Assembly: GCA_025924775.1 (NCBI GenBank)
Contig: JAICHS010000001.1
Coordinates: 1 to 50,538, forward strand
Direction of reading: 5' to 3'
Length of the DNA stretch: 50,538 nt
DNA from: Rhodanobacteraceae bacterium
GTDB taxonomy: Bacteria > Pseudomonadota > Gammaproteobacteria > Xanthomonadales > Rhodanobacteraceae
Part shown: piece after piece, positions 45,812 to 50,538 of the stretch
Numbering within the stretch: position 1 is the stretch's first letter
Layout: every line of letters begins with the position of its first letter
Notes under the pieces: model-generated
The model's input: only the letters and a program-made list of their open reading frames with translations
What the model was told of the DNA's origin: nothing
The model's database searches: none
Made by a program: the position numbers and the translations under genes

Positions 45812-46942
45812 TTACTTGAAGGCTTGGGCCGGTCCGCAGGCATCGCTGCGCGGCCAGGTGGAATGCGGGTCGGGCAGCAGCCCGCCCCAGTCGGAAGCCA
45901 GCGCCTGCAGCGGCAGGTCCTCCGCCATCCGACCGAACCAGCCGCGCAGCACCCGGCTGTAGCCGGCGAACAGCCGCGTGACGATGACGATCTTTTTCAC
46001 CACCTGCCGCGACACCTTCACCTGTGCGCCGGCGGTGAAGTCGGGCTTGGCCAGGATCGACGCCAGGGTCCGCATGGCCAGGCCCAGCGCGATCAGGCAG
46101 AAGCGGCGGATGCCGACTTCCCGTTCCGGAATCAGCAGGGTGTAGTCGAGCGCGTTGCGCAGGTGGCTGTGGGCGATACCGATCAGCTGCGCATAGGTGC
46201 GGCCAAATGCCGCCGGTTGCTGGCCGCGATGCACTTCTTCCAGTCGCACGCCGGCGCGCGCGAACAGGTCGTGCGGCAGCCAGCACACGCCGCGGTCGTG
46301 GTCCTCCCAGAAGTCCTTCAGGATGTTGGTCATCTGCAGGCCCTGTCCAAACGACACGTCGAGCGCGGCCATCGCGTCGCGGCGTTCAGCGATGCGGGGC
46401 GAGTAGTCGCAGAACAGGTCGGTGAGGGTCTGGCCGACGATGCCCGCGACGTAGTAGCAGTAGCGGTCCATCTCGCGCATGTTGGGGAGCCCGGCGACGC
46501 TGGCGCGGCGCTCGAAGCTGGGCATGCCGGTGCACATGACCTGCACGCAGCGCGCCAAAGCCTGGCGCTGCGCCAGGTTGAAGCCGTCGGTCACCTCGAT
46601 GATGGCCGGCGTGTGCGCCACCAGGTCAAGCTCCGCCGCCAGCGTGTTGCCGCGTAGCAGCGGTGCCAGGTCGCGGGCGAATGAAGCGGGATCTTCGGTT
46701 GCGGCGACCACCCGCGTGAAGCGGTCGTGGAACTCCTGCTTTACGTCGCTGGCCAAGGTCGCTTCGTCCTCGATGGTGTCCGCGATCCGGCACAACAGGT
46801 AGGCGTTGGCGATCACCCGGCGCAGGCGCGCGTCCAGTTGCGGAATCGTCAGCGCGAACGTGCGCGATACCGCGGGCAGGATGCGCGTTTGATAGGCTTC
46901 GGCGTCTCGTCGCGAAACGCTGGCGGAAGCTGTGGCGATCAT
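45812..46942 (-). CDS. sqs: Squalene synthase (single-enzyme farnesyl-diphosphate farnesyltransferase, Sqs type) with a C-terminal extension
   Basis: ORF 45812..47092 trimmed to ATG 46942 (AAGGAG RBS 9 nt upstream). AVSRTFALTIPQL, YLLCRIADTIEDE (first Asp-rich motif), YCYYVAGIVG and MTNILKDFWEDHDRG (second DxxED). At 376 aa it is longer than HpnC/HpnD-type enzymes. No hpnE-like oxidase is in the window. Confidence 0.75.
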   Translation of the reverse strand: MIATASASVSRRDAEAYQTRILPAVSRTFALTIPQLDARLRRVIANAYLLCRIADTIEDEATLASDVKQEFHDRFTRVVAATEDPASFARDLAPLLRGNTLAAELDLVAHTPAIIEVTDGFNLAQRQALARCVQVMCTGMPSFERRASVAGLPNMREMDRYCYYVAGIVGQTLTDLFCDYSPRIAERRDAMAALDVSFGQGLQMTNILKDFWEDHDRGVCWLPHDLFARAGVRLEEVHRGQQPAAFGRTYAQLIGIAHSHLRNALDYTLLIPEREVGIRRFCLIALGLAMRTLASILAKPDFTAGAQVKVSRQVVKKIVIVTRLFAGYSRVLRGWFGRMAEDLPLQALASDWGGLLPDPHSTWPRSDACGPAQAFK

Positions 46943-47032
46943 CCTGTGGGTCTCCTTCGGCGCGTCGCCGGCCGACGTTTTGATCCTACGCATTGTGCGT
47001 GAAGATGAGGTGGAAGTCGCGCGGAGGCTGCT

Positions 47033-47062
47033 TTGACAGGCATGCGGCGCCGTCGCTAGGCT
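47033..47062 (+). promoter_or_regulatory. Sigma70-like promoter candidate for ispA
   Basis: TTGACA (47033..47038), an 18-nt spacer, then TAGGCT (47057..47062), about 29 nt before the ispA ATG. By-eye match only. Confidence 0.25.
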
Positions 47063-47090
47063 CGCGGCGCGGCGGCGCGCGCCGCCTGAC

Positions 47091-47987
47091 ATGGGGAATG
47101 CGATGGCCTTTGCCGAACGCGTGGCGGGCTACGTTGAGCGGGTCGAACACGCGCTGGATGCGCGCCTGCCCGCGGTGGATACGCCGCCGGCCTCGTTGCA
47201 CGCGGCGATGCGCTACGCGGCGCTGGGCGGCGGCAAGCGCATGCGCCCCCTGCTGTGCTACGCCAGCGGCGAGGTGCTGGGTGTGCCGGCCGGGCAACTC
47301 GACGATGCCGCCTGCGCAGTCGAATGCGTGCACGTGTTTTCGCTGATCCACGATGACCTCCCGGCGATGGACGACGACGACCTGCGGCGCGGCAAGCCGT
47401 CCACACACAAGGCTTTCGGCGTGGCTACCGCGATCCTTGCCGGCGATGCCTTGCATACGCGCGCGTTTGAAATCCTGGCGGGTGATGGTACCCGCGATAC
47501 CGCCGCGCGCCTGGGTATGGTTGCGGTGCTGGCGGCGGCGGCCGGTTCCCGGGGCATGACCGGCGGGCAGGCCGTGGACCTGGAATCCGAGGGCAGGCAG
47601 CTGACGGCCGCCGACCTCGAGGCGCTGGACCGCGACAAGACCGGCAAGCTGATCCGCGCGGCGGTGTTGATGCCGTGCTGCGCGCTGCCGGATTTGCCGC
47701 GCGCATCGCGTGACGCCCTGGACCATTTCGCCGAATGCATGGGCCTGGCGTTCCAGATCAAGGACGACGTGCTGGATGTGGAAGGCGAGCAGGCGCTCAC
47801 CGGCAAGACCCACGGCGCCGACGCTGCGCGCGGCAAGGCAACCTATCCGTCGCTGCTGGGCCTGGACCACGCCAAGCAGCGTGCCGATGCGCTGTACAAC
47901 GAAGCCCTAGCCGCGCTGGACTGCTTCGGCGATGCCGCCGAACCGCTACGCTGGCTGGCGCGCTATATCGTGCAGCGCGACCGCTGA
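47091..47987 (+). CDS. ispA: Farnesyl diphosphate synthase (trans-prenyltransferase)
   Basis: 298 aa. GGKRMRP, FARM VHVFSLIHDDLPAMDDDDLRRGKPSTH, GKTGKLI and SARM FQIKDDVLD, GKATYPSLLGL. Divergent from sqs. No xseB or dxs flank it. Confidence 0.85.
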   Translation: MGNAMAFAERVAGYVERVEHALDARLPAVDTPPASLHAAMRYAALGGGKRMRPLLCYASGEVLGVPAGQLDDAACAVECVHVFSLIHDDLPAMDDDDLRRGKPSTHKAFGVATAILAGDALHTRAFEILAGDGTRDTAARLGMVAVLAAAAGSRGMTGGQAVDLESEGRQLTAADLEALDRDKTGKLIRAAVLMPCCALPDLPRASRDALDHFAECMGLAFQIKDDVLDVEGEQALTGKTHGADAARGKATYPSLLGLDHAKQRADALYNEALAALDCFGDAAEPLRWLARYIVQRDR

Positions 47988-48006
47988 CCGGCGTGCGCCG
48001 TGGGGT

Positions 48007-48480
48007 TCAGTGCGGCGCATTTGCGCAGACCCAGCCGTCCGGCATATGCGCGGCGGCCATCGCCGCCACCAGCGGCGCGTCGGGGTGCGCGGGCTCGTAG
48101 CGGTCGGCCGCGGCGTACACGATCTGCTCTTCCTTGGGGTTGTGCATCTTCAGCAGCATCAGCAGCTTGTCGGCATCCGCGCGCAGCGCGTCGCGCCCGG
48201 TGCCCGCCGCGCAGGCGGCTTCCAGGCCCGTGATCAGCGGCCACATCTGGCCATGCTCGCGCTGCATCACGAATACCGGCATCGCCAGGCCGGTCTTGGC
48301 CAGCGGTGGAAATAGCGCCGCCTCCTCGACGTACAGATGCTGGCGCAACAGCTGCAGCGCCGCCGCCAGCGCCGCCGCCAGTGCCGCCGGCGTGCCGCTG
48401 CCATCGACGATGCCAGCCACGCCCTGGTCGATCTGGTGGTGCTGGACGGCCAGCAGCTTGCTGGGAAGCGCCGTATCCAT
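48007..48480 (-). CDS. Hemerythrin (HHE cation-binding) domain protein
   Basis: ORF 48007..48606 trimmed to ATG 48480 (GGAGGG RBS). LLAVQHHQIDQG, LRQHLYVEEAALFP, MQREHGQMW and LLKMHNPKEEQIVY give the H/E ligand pattern of hemerythrin-like domains. Confidence 0.65.
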   Translation of the reverse strand: MDTALPSKLLAVQHHQIDQGVAGIVDGSGTPAALAAALAAALQLLRQHLYVEEAALFPPLAKTGLAMPVFVMQREHGQMWPLITGLEAACAAGTGRDALRADADKLLMLLKMHNPKEEQIVYAAADRYEPAHPDAPLVAAMAAAHMPDGWVCANAPH

Positions 48481-48560
48481 GTTCCGCCCTCCGATCATGC
48501 AAAGCGCCGATTGTGCACTGCGCGCGGCCGCCGTCTCCAGACGCAGGTCAAGGCTGGCGC

Positions 48561-49280
48561 TCAGAAGCGGTCCACCGCCGGGCGCAGGTCCTGCTCCAGC
48601 GTCCACGCCGTGCGCGGCTGCGTGTGCAGCTGCCAGTAGGTATCGGCGATCGCGGCGGGGTCAAGGAAACTGTCGGCTGCGCGGCCCGGATCGCGCTGGC
48701 GGGCCCTGGCCGAATCGATCTGGCCGTCGATGACGACGTGGGCCACGTGGATGCCCTGGGGGCCCAGCTCGCGTGCGAGGCTTTGCGCCAGCGCGCGCAA
48801 CCCGAACTTGCCGACCGCAAGGCCGGCGAACCGCGCGCCGCCGCGCAGGGCGGCCGTGGCCCCCGTGAACAGCAGCGTGCCGCGGCCGCGGTGCAGCATC
48901 GCGGGCACCACCGCCCGCGCCGACAGGAACCCACCGAGGCAGTTGACCCGCCACGCGGTTTCGAAATCTTCCACTCCGAGTTCCAGCAGGCCGCCGACCG
49001 CGAACATGCCGGCGTTGTAGATCAGCACGTCCGGGTCGCCCAGGCTCGCGCGTACCTGATCGAAGGCCGCCGCCACCGCTTCCGCGTTGCCGGCGTCGCA
49101 GGCAAAACCGTGCGCGCTGCCGCCATCGGCACGGATGCGTGCGACGACCGCGTCGCGGTGTTCGGCCGTGCGCGCCAGCAACGCGATGGTGTGGCCCGCG
49201 CGTGCAAAGCGCGTGGCCAGCGCCGCGCCCAGTCCCGGCCCGACGCCGACGATCGCGGTGCAAGGGTGTGTTTCCGCCAT
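48561..49280 (-). CDS. Short-chain dehydrogenase/reductase (SDR)
   Basis: ORF 48561..49301 trimmed to ATG 49280 (AGGAGG RBS). TAIVGVGPGLGAALATRFARAGH (TGxxxGxG-like), NAG and a FAGLAVGKFGLRAL-type active-site region. 239 aa. Confidence 0.75.
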   Translation of the reverse strand: MAETHPCTAIVGVGPGLGAALATRFARAGHTIALLARTAEHRDAVVARIRADGGSAHGFACDAGNAEAVAAAFDQVRASLGDPDVLIYNAGMFAVGGLLELGVEDFETAWRVNCLGGFLSARAVVPAMLHRGRGTLLFTGATAALRGGARFAGLAVGKFGLRALAQSLARELGPQGIHVAHVVIDGQIDSARARQRDPGRAADSFLDPAAIADTYWQLHTQPRTAWTLEQDLRPAVDRF

Positions 49281-49416
49281 GTGGAACCTCCTGTCGTGCA
49301 ATCACACCCGCCCACGCTATCAAGCCCAACGTTGCGCGCGCGTGCATGCGAACCCATATAGCAACAACGTGCCGCGCCTCTGCAAATACGCCGCCCAGCC
49401 ATTCGAGGAGAATTTG

Positions 49417-49956
49417 ATGTCCAGCCTTGCCCGTTACGTCACCGATCCCATGCACACTTGCGTCACGTTCGAGGTGAAGCATTTCGCCACGTCCACCTTG
49501 CGCGCGCGGTTTGGCAAGGTCCACGGCACGATCGATCTGGACATGGAGCATCATGCGGGCCACGCGGGCATCGACGTCGACACGGCGTCGATCAGTTCCG
49601 GCATTGCCGAATTCGACCAACACCTCAAGAGCGACGCATTCCTCGACGTGGCCACGCACCCGACCGCGCACTTCGTCGGCAGCGACTTTCGCTGGCAGGG
49701 CGAGCGTCTGGTCGCGGTGGCGGGCGCGTTGACGCTGCGCGGGCAAACGCACCCCGTGGTGCTCGATTGCCGCAACTTCAACCGCTACGACTCGCCCATC
49801 CACCACGCGCCCGTCGCGGGCGGTGACTTCGAAACCACCATCCAGCGCAGTCAGTGGGGTATCACCTGGGGCATCGACCTTGGCGTACCGGATGCCGTGC
49901 ACCTGGTCATTGCCATCGAGGCCGTGCAGCAGGTCGTGCCCGCGAAAGCCGCCTGA
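49417..49956 (+). CDS. YceI-like (polyisoprenoid-binding lipocalin-like) protein, no signal peptide
   Basis: ATG 49417 (GAGGAG RBS) inside ORF 49087..49956. YVTDPMHTCVTFEVKHFATSTLRARFGKVHGTIDLD, FDQHLKSDAFLDVATHPTAHF, AGALTLRGQTHPVVLD and RSQWGITWG are present. 179 aa with no N-terminal hydrophobic leader. Confidence 0.8.
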   Translation: MSSLARYVTDPMHTCVTFEVKHFATSTLRARFGKVHGTIDLDMEHHAGHAGIDVDTASISSGIAEFDQHLKSDAFLDVATHPTAHFVGSDFRWQGERLVAVAGALTLRGQTHPVVLDCRNFNRYDSPIHHAPVAGGDFETTIQRSQWGITWGIDLGVPDAVHLVIAIEAVQQVVPAKAA

Positions 49957-50128
49957 TCGCGGCTGGCTTCGAAGCGTGTCCACGTGTCTCCGCGGCAGAC
50001 TTGCGCTTGCAATGGGGTGTTGAAAGGCCGCGTACCCGCACGCCGCACTTGCATCGTGCCCCGCAAAGCCCGACACTTGCGCACATCTGGAGACCGGCCT
50101 GTTGCCGGTGGGAGTCGTGGGGCGCATA

Positions 50129-50538
50129 GTGACCACCCACGAGGGGCCGCCAGAAAAGCGCGGCATCGTCGCCGAACTCAGTTATCGCCATGTCTGGCGC
50201 GCCGCCGCGGTCTATGTCGGCGCGGTGTGGGCGCTCTCGCAAGGCATCGCGCAGTTGAGCGGGCCGTTCGGAATGCCGGACTGGGTGACCCGCTGGTTTG
50301 TAATTGCGTGTGCGATCGGATTTCCGTTCTGGGTCGCGTTCTCCTGGTACTACAAGCTGACGCCGGAAGGTTTCAAGCTTGAAACCGACCCCACGGTTCC
50401 GCACGACCAGGGCTTCCATCGCGCCACCGGCCGCAAACTGGACGTCTGGATCATCGGCGTCATGGCCGTCGCCATCGTGTTGTTGATCACCAACACATTC
50501 GTGCTGCATCGCGACGCTACCAGCGCCACGGACGCAGC
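50129..50538 (+). CDS. Membrane protein, N-terminal fragment (continues past the right edge)
   Basis: Own translation (frame open at the edge, open since the TGA at 50021): VTTHEGPPEKRGIVAELSYRHVWRAAAVYVGAVWALSQGIAQL...WFVIACAIGFPFWVAFSWYYKL...LDVWIIGVMAVAIVLLITNTF. Three hydrophobic helices. Candidate starts are GTG 50108, 50117 and 50129. Confidence 0.4.
   Translation, partial: MTTHEGPPEKRGIVAELSYRHVWRAAAVYVGAVWALSQGIAQLSGPFGMPDWVTRWFVIACAIGFPFWVAFSWYYKLTPEGFKLETDPTVPHDQGFHRATGRKLDVWIIGVMAVAIVLLITNTFVLHRDATSATDA

Noticed and set aside
43621-45819. 732-aa plus-strand ORF
   Set aside because: It is antisense to squalene-hopene cyclase, which has the DxDDTA and multiple QW motifs. The plus-frame product is low-complexity Arg/Ala/Gly with no motifs.
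45812-46942. Calling this gene hpnC or hpnD
   Set aside because: Only one synthase-fold gene is present, it is about 80-90 residues longer than HpnC/D-type proteins, and there is no hpnE. The motif pattern (SRTFALTI, DTIEDE, DFWED) fits one-step Sqs better. This remains unverified without phylogeny.
1-50538. CRISPR arrays, prophage or defence islands, integrases, transposases and toxin-antitoxin pairs
   Set aside because: I looked for short regularly spaced repeats and for recombinase, transposase or nuclease-like translations in the ORF track on both strands. I found none. The only repeats seen are the tRNA-leader duplication and REP/hairpin elements.

Overview
This is a visibly GC-rich proteobacterial chromosome segment. 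The flanking gene content and synteny look gammaproteobacterial, possibly Xanthomonadales or Rhodanobacteraceae, but that is inference only.

Left part (1 to about 29 kb) is mostly core or housekeeping:
- pqqB (partial) and the 24-codon pqqA, divergent from a HisKA_3/LuxR two-component pair
- miaB-phoH-ybeY, a lytic transglycosylase, suhB/trmJ, and a membrane-anchored sulfotransferase
- a CNNM/CBS/CorC protein, DUF47+Pit phosphate uptake, a 5'-nucleotidase, and an NdvA/ChvA-like ABC exporter
- gcdH, a Sec-exported pilin-head-like protein, a GNAT, a fused E1 alpha/beta TPP dehydrogenase, and an fsr-type MFS
- a BaxI-like protein, murB, pyrD, an SDR, an ALDH7-type dehydrogenase, and tRNA-Arg(CCT)

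Right part (about 29.2 to 48 kb) is the notable region, starting right after the tRNA. It is a nearly gapless isoprenoid/hopanoid supercluster made of three blocks:
- a hopanoid side-chain operon: hpnH, an HpnB-like GT2, a PlsC-type acyltransferase and an HpnL-like membrane protein, plus a convergent GT-B glycosyltransferase
- a translationally coupled DUF2231 + PQQ-dependent sugar dehydrogenase lipoprotein pair
- one co-directional string: sqs, shc, hpnG, hpnA, a hairpin, mvaD, phosphomevalonate kinase, a single ORF fusing class II HMG-CoA reductase to mevalonate kinase, and idi, divergent from ispA

No HMG-CoA synthase is present in the window. A hemerythrin, an SDR and a leaderless YceI (polyisoprenoid-binding family) follow.

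I saw no rRNA, CRISPR array, integrase or transposase. Many long ORFs in the supplied track are antisense or out-of-frame shadows typical of GC-rich DNA. Several real genes were trimmed to internal starts. All family assignments rest on motifs I read in the translations, not on database searches.
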